A DNA stretch of 64,000 nt from Nitrospirota bacterium (GCA_963790205.1 CAWBNQ010000008.1:32001-96000); one strand, 5' to 3'; positions 51,811 to 62,066 are shown, numbered from the stretch's first letter. Made by a program: numbers and translations. Notes: a model not told the origin generated them from the sequence alone.

Positions 51811-54021
51811 CTACCGCTTTTCCTGCGGCCGCGCACCCGTTGCCTCCGCGCCGCGGGTTTCATGATAGACACAGACCCTGTTCCTTCCCGCCTGCTTCGC
51901 CTGGTAGAGGGCCCGGTCCGCCTGGTCGATGAGGGTCTCTTTTTTCGCGCACCCCGGATAGTAGAAAGCAACGCCGATGCTCAGGGTCCGTTTTAAAACT
52001 ACTTTCCCCGCGGTAATGGCCGCATTTTCAACGGCCTTCCTGATGCGCTCGGCCATTTTTTGGGCGCCTGCGCTGTCTGCGCCGACCATTCCCACGGCAA
52101 ACTCCTCGCCGCCGTAGCGCGCCACGAAATCTATCCCGCGCGCCATCTCCCGGATGACGCCGGCAATGGTTTTGAGCGCCACATCCCCGACGGGGTGGCC
52201 GTGGTCGTCGTTGACCTGTTTGAAAAAATCTATGTCGAGGAGGAGAAGGGAAAAGTGCCGCTCCTCGTTACGGTCGAGCCGTTTGAATTCCAGGTCGAGC
52301 TTGTCCATGAAGGTCCGGTGGTTCAAGAGGCCGGTGAGCCCGTCGGTGAGGGCCATGTTCTGCACCTGTTGATGAAGGATGACATTGTCCATCACGACCG
52401 CAACCTGGTTCATCAGCGTATCGAGGAAATAACGGTGGTATTCGGAAAAGGCGTTCGGCCGGAGGGACCCGAGGAAAAAAACGCCGATGAACTTCTCGCC
52501 GGTGACGAGGGGCCAGCAGGAGAGGGACCGCAGCTGACGGCTCAAGCCCGTCGTGGTATTGAACAGCCCGTTCACTTTGCGCTCACCAAGGTCGAAAAAG
52601 TGGTAGGGCGCAACTTGGTCCTGCTCCCACTGGTTCAGCATCTGGTTCAGGAGCGTGCCCTGCTCGACAGGGAAACGCTTGTCCTGCTCCGCGCCGGCCC
52701 CATCGCTCCCCGCCGGTTTCACAACGGACGTGATCTTGCCGAGCAAGGAAGGGCCGGGACTGGTGAACGTCACCGCGCCGGACTGGTGGGCAATTGCAAC
52801 GGTCCGGTCCCGGTCGTCGTATTGCGCAAAGACGCAAAAGTCGTAGGGGACGAGGACGTTCATTTCCCTTGCCAGGCGTTCCAGGATGTTGTCGAGCTCA
52901 AGGCTGCTGCCCAGTACCGCGCTCAGCTTGTGCAGGCCGGCGAAGGTGCTCGCCCTGATGTCCAGCTCCTGGGACACCCGGATCTTGTCGATGATCTGGA
53001 TGAAGAACGGCGCAAAGCGGGAGAGCATGTCCTGGGTCTCAAGGGAAAACGCGCCGTCCTCAAGGCTGTCCACCGCCAGCACTCCCGCGGTTTCCTCATG
53101 GCTGATGATCGGCATGGTGAGAAGGGATTTTATGGCGACCGGCTGCGTGTAATATCCGAGGTTCCCGGGAGTGTGTTCCATGTTGGAAAGGTAACGGGGC
53201 TGGTTGTCGCGAGCGCAGCCGATGATGGGGCCGTGATCGTTCTCGGGGTCCAGGATCGTCCCGATGGGGGCCGTGTAGCGGCCGTCGTCATCGCTTCGCT
53301 TCGCCCTGAGCGTGAATACGCTGCCCTCCTCCCTGGTTTCCTTCAAGAACAGGGCATAGGTATGGGCGGGCACGAATTCGTAGATCATGTCTATGAGCCC
53401 GGCAAAGGCGTCCTCGCGCTGTATCGCCGCATTGACATTCGAGGCCTGCCGGGCCTCGGTCGTCAGCATCGCGAGCTGCGACCGGCCGGCAAGGGGGTCG
53501 ACGGCGTTCGCGCGGGCGAGCAGCCGCTCATGGGCGTCCTTGAACCGGTCCGCCTCCCGGCGGGTGCGGCGCACGATGTGCGATATGGCGATCGATACGC
53601 CGATGAGGGACAGCGCGAAGCCGGCGTAGAACGGCCATTTCTCCAATTTCCCCTGGCCGGAGAAGAACAGGTTGCAGCTCTCGATGCCGAGAATGAGCCC
53701 GATCGTCGCGTAGGTCCGGCGGGGCGGGGAAAGGGCCGCGACCAGAACGGCGAACAGAAAGTAGACCGGCCAGAGGGATGAATGGACCCCTCCGGAGACC
53801 TGGACGAGAAAATTCAACGGGAGGACTCCCAGGACGATGAAGGGGAAAACAATCGGGCGTTCAGTTTCGAACAGCGCGTGAAAGGAGACGGCAAAGACGA
53901 GGAAAAGGTAGCCGGCGATCCAGTAAAACAGAAAGGGGCTGGACAAGCCTGGGCCGAGGAACAGTCCCCAGCCGGCCAAAATACAGTATAGGACCAGGCC
54001 GGGGAGAAAGATTTTTTTCAA
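51811..54021 (-). CDS. Membrane GAF-GAF-GGDEF diguanylate cyclase
   Basis: N-terminal multi-TM region, two GAF-like domains, TDGLTGL, RGID I-site, RYGGEEF; TTG start overlaps the upstream TGA. Confidence 0.9.
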   Translation of the reverse strand: MKKIFLPGLVLYCILAGWGLFLGPGLSSPFLFYWIAGYLFLVFAVSFHALFETERPIVFPFIVLGVLPLNFLVQVSGGVHSSLWPVYFLFAVLVAALSPPRRTYATIGLILGIESCNLFFSGQGKLEKWPFYAGFALSLIGVSIAISHIVRRTRREADRFKDAHERLLARANAVDPLAGRSQLAMLTTEARQASNVNAAIQREDAFAGLIDMIYEFVPAHTYALFLKETREEGSVFTLRAKRSDDDGRYTAPIGTILDPENDHGPIIGCARDNQPRYLSNMEHTPGNLGYYTQPVAIKSLLTMPIISHEETAGVLAVDSLEDGAFSLETQDMLSRFAPFFIQIIDKIRVSQELDIRASTFAGLHKLSAVLGSSLELDNILERLAREMNVLVPYDFCVFAQYDDRDRTVAIAHQSGAVTFTSPGPSLLGKITSVVKPAGSDGAGAEQDKRFPVEQGTLLNQMLNQWEQDQVAPYHFFDLGERKVNGLFNTTTGLSRQLRSLSCWPLVTGEKFIGVFFLGSLRPNAFSEYHRYFLDTLMNQVAVVMDNVILHQQVQNMALTDGLTGLLNHRTFMDKLDLEFKRLDRNEERHFSLLLLDIDFFKQVNDDHGHPVGDVALKTIAGVIREMARGIDFVARYGGEEFAVGMVGADSAGAQKMAERIRKAVENAAITAGKVVLKRTLSIGVAFYYPGCAKKETLIDQADRALYQAKQAGRNRVCVYHETRGAEATGARPQEKR

Positions 54022-54296
54022 ATCTTTTTTCTCCTGTTGAGCTCTTCTTCGAAATATTTCCGGTAGAGGACGTCCCACTCCCGGCTGCCCTCGGGGACCT
54101 TGCGCGAGAGCGACTGGATGGTGCGCCGCGCCGCTTCGTCCGCCTCATCCTCGAACTTGAGCTCGCCTGCAATGGTGTGCTTGATCTCGCGGAGGAGCTT
54201 TTCCTCAGGCTGGATCGGATCGACGTTCCGGTTGCGGACCAGCATGTCCAGGACCAGGTGGGAAACATGGGATATCCGGTCTTCGCTCAATCGCAT
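54018..54296 (-). CDS. DUF507 family protein
   Basis: MRLSEDRISH...EWDVLYRKYFEEE pattern; paired with a second DUF507-like gene. Confidence 0.8.
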   Translation of the reverse strand: MRLSEDRISHVSHLVLDMLVRNRNVDPIQPEEKLLREIKHTIAGELKFEDEADEAARRTIQSLSRKVPEGSREWDVLYRKYFEEELNRRKKI

Positions 54297-54378
54297 AGGT
54301 TCAATCCTAAATTATTTTTGACGTGGTTTTGATCTTATCCCGCACTCCGCTTCAAACTTCACCCTTCAGACTTCACCC

Positions 54379-54660
54379 TTACAACACAAACCCTCTCTCC
54401 TTCGCCAGCTTATTCTTGGTGAGCTCGAACACCTTGCGGTAGTCCATGTTCTCCTTGGCGATCTCGGCCTCGTGCGCGGAAAGAAGCTTCTCAACGTCCT
54501 TGTTGAGCTTGTCTTCCTCCGCCATGTTCGCGAGAATCACCTCCGCGATCTTCTCTGCGATCGCGCTCTTGGGCACTTCATACTCGACGATGCCTTTTTT
54601 CTCCAGGTTCTCGGCGATCGCATCGGCCATATGCTTGATCATTTCTTTGGGAAGACGCAT
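54379..54660 (-). CDS. DUF507 family protein
   Basis: MRLPKEMI...KNKLAKERGFVL; AAGGAG SD and TGGTATAAT extended -10. Confidence 0.82.
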   Translation of the reverse strand: MRLPKEMIKHMADAIAENLEKKGIVEYEVPKSAIAEKIAEVILANMAEEDKLNKDVEKLLSAHEAEIAKENMDYRKVFELTKNKLAKERGFVL

Positions 54661-54942
54661 CAGGACTCCTTTTGTTTGGTTCATTATACCAGAAAAGGAG
54701 GAAAAGACGAGGGAAAATAAAAGCCGCGTGCGCCCTGCTTCACCCTTCTTACTTCTGAATTGTCCTCCCATTCGGAAAGGCAGTACTAAAGGCCACTATC
54801 TTTCCCGGCTTTCTTGACATATCGCCCCGCCGGTGCCAAGCTTTAAGTATCTCTCTCACACAGGCATCTTCGCATCCAGTTCGACAACAATCCCATAAGA
54901 AATTCACGAAGACTTCCGGTGAGCTGCGATAGGAGGGTCACC

Positions 54943-55826
54943 ATGAAAACACTGGTCATAGGTGGAACAGGGAAGGTAGGAAGCATGGTCGTAGCAGGCC
55001 TGCTGAAGCAGGGGGCCATGGTGCGGGTCATGAGCCATTCACCGGAAAAACTGAAAAAGCTGCCGTCGGGCGTGGAAGGGTACCGGGGCGATCTTGACAT
55101 TCCCGATACGCTCCCGGAGGCATTCAAAAGCGTCGACAGCGTGTTCCTGCTGAATACCGTGGGGCCGAACGAGACCGCGGGAGGACTGAACGCCGTGTCC
55201 GCGGCAAAGGCGGCAAAGGTCAGGAAGATCGTCTATATGTCGGTTGCCATGCCCGCGGGGTCGGAAACAATACCGCACTTCCGGAGCAAGCTCCCGGTGG
55301 AGAAGGCCATCCGGGAATCGGGGATCTCCTTACACGATTCTCCGGCCGAACAACTTCTTCCAGAACGATCTCTGGCTGAAGGACGCGATCCTGCAGCACG
55401 GCGTCTACCCGCAGCCCACTCGGCACGAAAGGGCTGAACCGGGTCGATGTACGCGACATCGCCGACTGCGCGGTCAACGCGCTCACGAAACCCGGTTACG
55501 AGAACGAGACGTATGATATCCACGGACCCGATACCCTGACCGGCGAAGGGATTGCCGGGATCTACACGAAGCACTTGGGACAAAAGGTCCGCTACGCCGG
55601 GGATGATATCGAAGCCTGGGCGGAGAGTTCAAAAGGCATGATGCCGGAGTTTTTGATCGCCGATATGCGCATCATGTACCGGTTCTTCCAGGACAACGGG
55701 ATGATCGCCTCGAAGGAGGACCTCGAAAAGACGGAGAAGCTCCTGGGCAACAAGTCCCGGGCCTTTGACGCTTTCGTCAAGGAGATTGCTTTAGAGTGGA
55801 AGATCAAGGTTGCGAAAGCCGCGTAA
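54943..55826 (+). CDS. NmrA-like NAD(P)-binding protein with two +1 frameshifts
   Basis: LVIGGTGKVG; YTILRPNNFFQN after a shift at about 55329; VDVRDIAD...HGPD after a shift at about 55417; stop 55826. Confidence 0.85.
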
Positions 55827-55842
55827 AAGGTAAGGGAAGCGC

Positions 55843-55879
55843 TGCCGGATGCCGCATCAAGGCCATCCGGCATTTTTTT
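55843..55879 (+). terminator. Intrinsic terminator
   Basis: TGCCGGATG...CATCCGGCA stem then T7. Confidence 0.8.
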
Positions 55880-56230
55880 GCTCTTGCACCTGAACTGTTA
55901 TGATCCTAAACTCCGAACCACGAACGCTTCTATTAAACGACCGCCGACTATCGACTGATGACTGTAACCTGTCCTTCACCCTTCAGCCTGAATCTAATCT
56001 AAGGTTTTTCGAAGTGAAAACTCAGGGAATCCCTGATGCCAGATATTATCCCGTTCTCTTCGGTCTTTGCTTGATTTTTCAGGGTAAGTGTACTATTCTC
56101 GTGCTGTTATAACTTCATTTACGGTTGTTGATTTGAGATTGACGATTTGAGCGTGACGATCCGAGATTGATGATTTGCGATTGACGATGTGCAGATCTGA
56201 AATCGGGAATCGGCAATCTTAAATCGGAAG

Positions 56231-57110
56231 ATGAAAGGCATCATGTCCCTTGGCCCCGAAGGCATAGCACGTGAACAGATCGACCGGATGCTGGAACAGG
56301 CAGGCTGGGCTGTTCAGGACGCGAAGGCGGTCAACCTGTACGCAAAACAAGGCATGGCTATCCGCGAGTTCGAGCTTAAGGCCGGGTACGGCACTGCTGA
56401 TTACCTTCTATATATAGATGGCTAGGCAGCAGGTGTTATCGAAGCGAAGAAAGAAGGCACAACACTCACCGGCGTCGAGGTCCAGTCGGATAGATACAGC
56501 AAAGGCCTTCCTGAAAGTCTTCCTGCCTGGTTCCGGCCTCTCCCGTTCTGCTATCAATCAACAGGCAAGGAAACACGCTTCACGAACGGGTTGGATCCCG
56601 AGCCGCGTTCCCGGAATGTATTCGCCTTCCATCGTCCCGAAATGCTGGCATACTGGCTGGAGGACGGCATTCCCGCGGATTACGGTCTTGCAGCGGAGCG
56701 GCAGCAGCTGTACAGCCCCGAAACCTTCCTCTACCGCATGCACCGGATGCCGCATCTTATTGAATCCGGCCTCTGGCCCGCGCAGATCGTAGCGATCAAG
56801 AACCTCGAACGATCGCTTGCCGAGAACCGCCCTCGCGCTCTCATCCAGATGGCGACGGGCAGCGGCAAAACCTTCACAGCCATAAACTTCCTGTACCGGT
56901 TGATCAAGTTCGGCGGGGCAAAGCGGGTCCTGTTCCTCGTTGACCGGGGCAATCTCGGCAGGCAGGCCTTGAAGGAATTCCAACAGTACCTCTCGCCCTA
57001 CAATAACTTTAAATTCACCGAAGAGTTCATCGTCCAGCGCCTCACGTCGAACACGCTCGATACAACCGCCCGGGTCTGCATCTGCACGATCCAGAGACTC
57101 TACTCCATGA
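56231..57110 (+). pseudogene. hsdR: Type I restriction enzyme R subunit fragment
   Basis: ADYLLY...IEAKK nuclease motif split by in-frame TAG 56423-56425; MATGSGKT and FLVDR present; homology stops after TIQRLYSM, before DEAH; no hsdM/hsdS nearby. Confidence 0.88.
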
Positions 57111-57129
57111 AGAAAACAGCCATCATCGA

Positions 57130-57318
57130 ATCGCCCTCAGCATATTTCGGAAACAGCCTGCATTCGCGCTTTGCACTCATAAACGCTGGCCGCAGGCTTG
57201 CCACCCTGCGGGCTCAGACACCCTGCACTCGCTCCTACGCACTCGTGAACGCCGGGTGCAGGCAGTCCGAAATGCTCCACCTTCGGACTCAATCGCCTGC
57301 CTGAATTTTCGCATGGGG
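57130..57318 (-). repeat. Dispersed structured element family A, copy 2 (truncated)
   Basis: Reverse complement aligns with 49076-49268; abuts the hsdR breakpoint. Confidence 0.85.
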
Positions 57319-57359
57319 AATTGAAAGAAAGACTCAAACCTGCTCCAAAGCCGAAGAGA

Positions 57360-57956
57360 ATGAAAAAGAACAGTCTATCATCGCCCATGTCCGTCAAGAC
57401 CGATAAACCCTCGAAGGCCGATCTCCAGGCAGCCTACGGAAAGACGGTCCCGGATATTATTGCTCCCCGGCTGAAGGTCCTGTTCGTGGGCATCAATCCC
57501 GGCTTGTATTCCGGCGCTGTGGGGCATCATTTCGCCCGGCCGGGGAACCGCTTCTGGCCTGTTCTTTACAAGGCGGGGTTCACCCAGAGGCAGCTTTCGC
57601 CGCAAGAAGAGCGGGAGCTGATACCATGCGGATACGGCATCACGAACATCGTGAGCAGGTCGACCGCATCGGCAGCGGAGCTCGACCAGGAAGAGCTGCT
57701 GGCGGGAGGCCGGCTCCTTGCGGCAAAGATCAAGCGCTATCGTCCCCATATTGTGGCGGTCCTCGGTCTTCAGGCATTTCGCATCGCCTTCGGGCAGCCG
57801 AAGGCCGGCTTCGGCCCCCGGGAGGAGCGCCTCGGCACATCGAAGCTCTGGGTCCTGCCGAACCCGAGCGGACTGAACGCGAGCTATCAGCTTCGCGCGC
57901 CCACGCGAATGTTTCGGCTGGTCCGCCTCGCCGCGGAAGAACGACGGGGACGGTAA
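57360..57956 (+). CDS. mug: G/U mismatch-specific DNA glycosylase
   Basis: FVGINPG, FARPGNRFW, GITN, LPNPSGLN; start 57360 or 57387. Confidence 0.92.
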   Translation: MKKNSLSSPMSVKTDKPSKADLQAAYGKTVPDIIAPRLKVLFVGINPGLYSGAVGHHFARPGNRFWPVLYKAGFTQRQLSPQEERELIPCGYGITNIVSRSTASAAELDQEELLAGGRLLAAKIKRYRPHIVAVLGLQAFRIAFGQPKAGFGPREERLGTSKLWVLPNPSGLNASYQLRAPTRMFRLVRLAAEERRGR

Positions 57957-58184
57957 CCTCTCAGGGTCTATAATGTTCATACCCATCTGTTCATGACCCG
58001 GCTGCCATAAGTCTCCGACCCTGGCGCATATCGTAAATCCCATGGTCTCTTCAGAGATACCCGGACGTGCGTGGTCCTTGGAACGTTTTCCCACCTGCAA
58101 ATGTATCGCCAATGACGTATAATGACGTGCTACGGTGAAACAACGGCGCCACAACAGCGGGACGTGAGAGAGAGGATAGGACTG

Positions 58185-58787
58185 ATGGGAAATACGTTAA
58201 CGAGCTACTCAGACGACAGCCTGACGCGCGAGGCGCTCACGAAGGTCGGATCGGACCGAACGCTCCATGAAATCTACGGCCTTTTTTACGGAGGCGTGGC
58301 CGCGCCGGATCAATCCGATCCTGGAGAGTATCTGCCCGTGATTTTCGAGGAAGACCCTGCCTCTCCTGTTTCAGAAGAAGACGCTGAAACCCTGAGGGAT
58401 AATCTGCTGTCGCTCTGGAACTTCATCGCCCAATGGAAGCCGGAAGAGGATCCCTTTTACTTTCCCGAACAAGAGTATCCGGACAATTATCAGGGCCTGC
58501 TGCAGCACCTGACAGACGATGCGTCGATGGTGCAATTCTTTATAGCGGGACTCAATCTGGGCGGAACGGAAGAAGACGATTTTTCCGAGGATGCGGTTGA
58601 TGCGATGCACGAACTTGCGGAAGCGTCGGCACGATTGCAGAAAAATATCGCTGTGTGCGCGAAATTGGACCCGACGGCTGCGGATGATGACCCCGATTCA
58701 ACAGCAACAATGCTGGATGAGATCGAGGATGTCCTCGCCGATTGTATCGCCCGGGTGGCCATCGGGCTGAAAGATGCGAAGCGCTGA
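58185..58787 (+). CDS. UPF0149/YecA-like acidic protein
   Basis: EIYGLFYGGVAAP...YLPVIF and FFIAGLNL pattern; very acidic. Confidence 0.65.
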   Translation: MGNTLTSYSDDSLTREALTKVGSDRTLHEIYGLFYGGVAAPDQSDPGEYLPVIFEEDPASPVSEEDAETLRDNLLSLWNFIAQWKPEEDPFYFPEQEYPDNYQGLLQHLTDDASMVQFFIAGLNLGGTEEDDFSEDAVDAMHELAEASARLQKNIAVCAKLDPTAADDDPDSTATMLDEIEDVLADCIARVAIGLKDAKR

Positions 58788-59093
58788 ACAAAACATCTTG
58801 GAGTCACTCAAACATCCTGAGATGATCACGGTCCTTTATTTTGTTGCCCATCCCCTTCGCGTCCTGAACGAAATTTTTGACCCGTCTAAAGCCACGTCCG
58901 CTCGCCCGAGCAAACTCCGCGATAGAATTATCCTTGTCCACCAGCCCTCTCCCTTCTGGGAGAGGGACCGGGTGAGGGGCCTCAGACATGCGCGTTCTCG
59001 GCCGGAAGTGAACTATAAAGTCGGTTGAGCTAAGGAATATCCGGACGGCCCGGAACCGGCGTTTTTCTCATATACCTGCGGCTTTTTTGCCGG

Positions 59094-59297
59094 CTATAGG
59101 CAATCCCGTGCGCTCGCATTGGCGTAGAAATCGCACCTGCCGCAATAGGCGATCTGCTCATCCAAGCTTGAGAACTCTTTCTCCCCTCCTTGGCACTTTA
59201 CACCTGCGAGCATCCAGCAGCCGGAACCGCTGTCGGGATACGCAGGACAGGTCTTGAACACCTCTTCCGCGCAGTTTTTGAATTCCCAGCAATTCAT
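59094..59297 (-). CDS. Small two-CW (Cys/Trp-rich) domain protein
   Basis: MNCWEFKNC...CPAY...GCW..AG..C...C..CDFY; AAGGTGG SD-like. Confidence 0.8.
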   Translation of the reverse strand: MNCWEFKNCAEEVFKTCPAYPDSGSGCWMLAGVKCQGGEKEFSSLDEQIAYCGRCDFYANASARDCL

Positions 59298-59346
59298 TCT
59301 TTCAGCCCACCTTTCATAGAAAAGTGATGAATTCAGACTTTTAAAA

Positions 59347-59363
59347 AGCAACATTTATGCCAA
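59347..59363 (-). promoter_or_regulatory. Sigma54 (-24/-12) promoter
   Basis: TTGGCAT-AAATG-TTGCT on the minus strand, 50 nt upstream of ATG 59297. Confidence 0.8.
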
Positions 59364-59724
59364 TGCATAACCTGCCGCATATATACGATTTTCAATACAC
59401 TCGACCGGATTAATTTCCCGGTGATATACGTTTTTGGGCACTTCCGTTGACAAATTTTGGCAAAGGAACATCTTTGATGCAGGAGCGAGATAGAGGGGGG
59501 CAAATCTTCGATATTGACACATAGAGGGGGCCACGCGGAGACGCGGAGACCGCGGAGAAATCATGCAGGAACTGGGTATATTACAGATAAAATTATTAAT
59601 TATGTTTTGGAAGCGCAGAAGGGGTGAACGTCATGAAGCCTTCTCCGTGACTCCGCGTCTCCGCGTGAAATGATTACGGTTTGCGGGATTTCATGAGGAA
59701 GCTTCGAACCGGTATGCGGTCGAC

Positions 59725-60651
59725 TTATGACGGCGAAAGGGGGCCGCGCACTTTGCGGAAGTCCGCCCAGATATCGACTACGCCGAGCGCCATGACACCG
59801 GCGACGGTCGGCGGCAGGGCCAGAATGATCACGAGGATCAACCCCCGCACGAGCGTGTGGACGCGCGCCTTCCTGAGATAATGTTCGACGATCGAGATCC
59901 CTTGAATAAAGTAAATGACGGAGTAAAGGATCGCCAGGTTCCATCCCGTGAACTTCACGGTTTCATTCGAGACCAGGATGAGGACCAGGGTGACGATCAG
60001 CCCCCAGACCCAGACATCGGGCGCGTGCCACAGTGCGAGGGACGGCACGGCAGGCGCCGGCGCCGTCCCCGGCCTCCGGGTGATGATACGCGCGGCAAGG
60101 ACGAAGCACCCTAAAGCCAGGAGTATCATGGACGTGACCACGATGCCCGGAAGCAGCAGTACGAAGTAATGAAGGAACGTGTCCGGGACCGACGAGACGG
60201 CTGCGGCAACTTCGGTCAGTTTGAGGTCCGTATACAGCTTCGCGGCCAGGGCGCGCTGCCCCTGCAGAAACGCCTCGGTGAACGTGACGGGATTTTTGTT
60301 CGTATGGAGAAAAAAGCGCGCTGCGACGAGCGTGAGGGCGGCCACGGGCAGGAGCCCGCCCGCAAGCGCCGCTGCTTCAGGCTTCCACTGCCGCCGCAGG
60401 CCTTCCGCCGTACCGACGGCCATGAGCCCGAAGGAGAGCAAAAGAACGGCCGCAACCTGCCAGCCCGCGATGGCGCCGACGACGGCGATCGAAAGGCCGA
60501 GGGCGGACAGCCCCTCGCGTCTCCCCTGGCGTACGTAGGCGAGCACGAGCGGCACCGGGGTGAACATCATCCCGAGCAGGGGAATGAAAAACCCCGAAAG
60601 AAAAAGGAGTACGGCTTGCGCGGCCGCGACCAGCGTTGCCTTGTAATTCAT
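59725..60651 (-). CDS. DUF2232 (YybS-like) membrane protein
   Basis: Multi-TM, YFIQGIS, GVVDIWADFRK; position after rpsR. Confidence 0.88.
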   Translation of the reverse strand: MNYKATLVAAAQAVLLFLSGFFIPLLGMMFTPVPLVLAYVRQGRREGLSALGLSIAVVGAIAGWQVAAVLLLSFGLMAVGTAEGLRRQWKPEAAALAGGLLPVAALTLVAARFFLHTNKNPVTFTEAFLQGQRALAAKLYTDLKLTEVAAAVSSVPDTFLHYFVLLLPGIVVTSMILLALGCFVLAARIITRRPGTAPAPAVPSLALWHAPDVWVWGLIVTLVLILVSNETVKFTGWNLAILYSVIYFIQGISIVEHYLRKARVHTLVRGLILVIILALPPTVAGVMALGVVDIWADFRKVRGPLSPS

Positions 60652-60661
60652 CAACGTCTCC

Positions 60662-60710
60662 AAAAAAAGGGGAAACCCCTGGCGGCTGATGCACCCCCGA
60701 GTTTCCCCTG
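60662..60710 (-). terminator. Intrinsic terminator after rpsR
   Basis: AGGGGAAAC...GTTTCCCCT stem followed by a T run on the minus strand. Confidence 0.7.
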
Positions 60711-60747
60711 TATCGTATCGGGATCACCGCGCTGTCGCGCGAGGACC

Positions 60748-61056
60748 TTACTTTTCTCCGGAGAAGGGAACGAGCGCGATGTTCCTGCACCGCTGCACCG
60801 CGACCGTGACCTCTCTCTGGTGACGGGCGCAGTTGCCGGATATGCGGCGGGGAAGTATCTTTCCGCGCTCCGTCAGAAAGAACCGGATGGTCTTAACGTC
60901 CTTGTAATCGATGAAGGGCGTTTTATCCACGCAGAACCGGCATACTTTTTTTCTGACCGTAAACCGTCTTCTCTTGTCCGGGCCCCTGCTGTCCCGGGTG
61001 TCCCTGCCTCTCGAATCAGAGGGCCGCTGGGGTGATCGTGCGGGAAATTCTGCCAT
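60748..61056 (-). CDS. rpsR: 30S ribosomal protein S18 (Zn-binding form, N-terminal extension)
   Basis: [26 protein letters not shown]. Confidence 0.97.
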   Translation of the reverse strand: MAEFPARSPQRPSDSRGRDTRDSRGPDKRRRFTVRKKVCRFCVDKTPFIDYKDVKTIRFFLTERGKILPRRISGNCARHQREVTVAVQRCRNIALVPFSGEK

Positions 61057-61102
61057 AATAGTGACTCCTCATAATATTTTTGTAAAACATTGGACTTGCA
61101 AT

Positions 61103-61124
61103 TCCCCGCAGCTTGCTGCGGGGA
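61103..61124. repeat. Perfect REP-like palindrome
   Basis: TCCCCGCAGC-TT-GCTGCGGGGA between ssb and rpsR. Confidence 0.65.
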
Positions 61125-61149
61125 GGTTCATTCGGCGCCAAAACGACCG

Positions 61150-61563
61150 TCAGAACGGGATATCTCCGTCATCCACCGGCGCTTCCGGCGCGGGCTCCGG
61201 ACGGCCCTGGCCGCCGCCCTGCCCGGCCGCTGAACGCTTGGGCATGAAGGTCACGGACTGCGCCGCCACTTCCACTTTGCTTCGTTTCTGGCCGGAATCC
61301 TTGTCTTCCCACCGGCGCTGCTGCAGGCGGCCTTCGATCAGGGCCCCGTCTCCCTTGTTGAGATACTGGCCGCAGTTTTCCGCCTGCTTGCCGAAAACGA
61401 CGATGTCGATGTAGCTGACCTCTTCCTTGGTCTCTTCGCCCTGCTTGTACTTCCGGTTGACCGCGATGGCGAAGCTCGCTACCGCGCTGCCGTTCGGCGT
61501 ATAGCGCACCTCGGGATCGCGGGTCAGATTGCCCAGCAGGATTACTTTATTAAAGCTCGTCAT
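61150..61563 (-). CDS. ssb: Single-stranded DNA-binding protein
   Basis: NKVILLGNLTRDPE, IEGRL, C-terminal DIPF. Confidence 0.97.
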   Translation of the reverse strand: MTSFNKVILLGNLTRDPEVRYTPNGSAVASFAIAVNRKYKQGEETKEEVSYIDIVVFGKQAENCGQYLNKGDGALIEGRLQQRRWEDKDSGQKRSKVEVAAQSVTFMPKRSAAGQGGGQGRPEPAPEAPVDDGDIPF

Positions 61564-61641
61564 GGCGCTACCTCATGGTTCCGATATTCCGTCCGGCAAA
61601 AGCGGGAGCGGTCATCGGGCTATGGTCCGTTGCGGCCAAGG

Positions 61642-62007
61642 CTACGCCGTGGCCGGACCGGCCGCTTCTGCCTTGGCAAGATCCTTCTTCTTCGGCTTGG
61701 GGGCCGGCCTGGTGCGCAGCTCTTTCTCGAGCTTGACGGTTATGAACTTGATCACGGAATCCGTCATCTTGTACGTTCGCTCGAGCTCGCTCACCGCAGC
61801 GGGCGCCGACTTGAACTGAAAGAACGCGTAGTGGCCCCGTTTGTGCTTTTTGATCTCGTAGGCGAGCTTCTTCTTGCCCCAGTCCTCGAACTTGAGCATC
61901 TCTCCGCCCTGGCTGGCGACCACGTCCTGCATTTTCTTGATGACAGCGGCGGTCTCTTCGTCCGAGAGGTTGGGGTTGATGATGAAGATTGATTCGTAGA
62001 TATGCAT
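61642..62007 (-). CDS. rpsF: 30S ribosomal protein S6
   Basis: YESIFI, WGKKKLAYEI, GHY. Confidence 0.97.
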   Translation of the reverse strand: MHIYESIFIINPNLSDEETAAVIKKMQDVVASQGGEMLKFEDWGKKKLAYEIKKHKRGHYAFFQFKSAPAAVSELERTYKMTDSVIKFITVKLEKELRTRPAPKPKKKDLAKAEAAGPATA

Positions 62008-62016
62008 TGTCTTTTA

Positions 62017-62066
62017 TCTCCTCATGGGTTATAGCCCCCTGTCTATTTCGCAGGGAGCAAGGAGTA
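62017..62066 (-). ncRNA. S6:S18 ribosomal protein leader (rpsF leader)
   Basis: CTCCTTGCTCCCTG...CAGGGGGC-TATAACCC-ATGAGGAG hairpin with unpaired CCC sequestering the SD. Confidence 0.75.

Noticed and set aside
56423..56425. Pyrrolysine or amber read-through in hsdR
   Set aside because: The gene is also truncated before its DEAH motif; a simple nonsense mutation is more parsimonious
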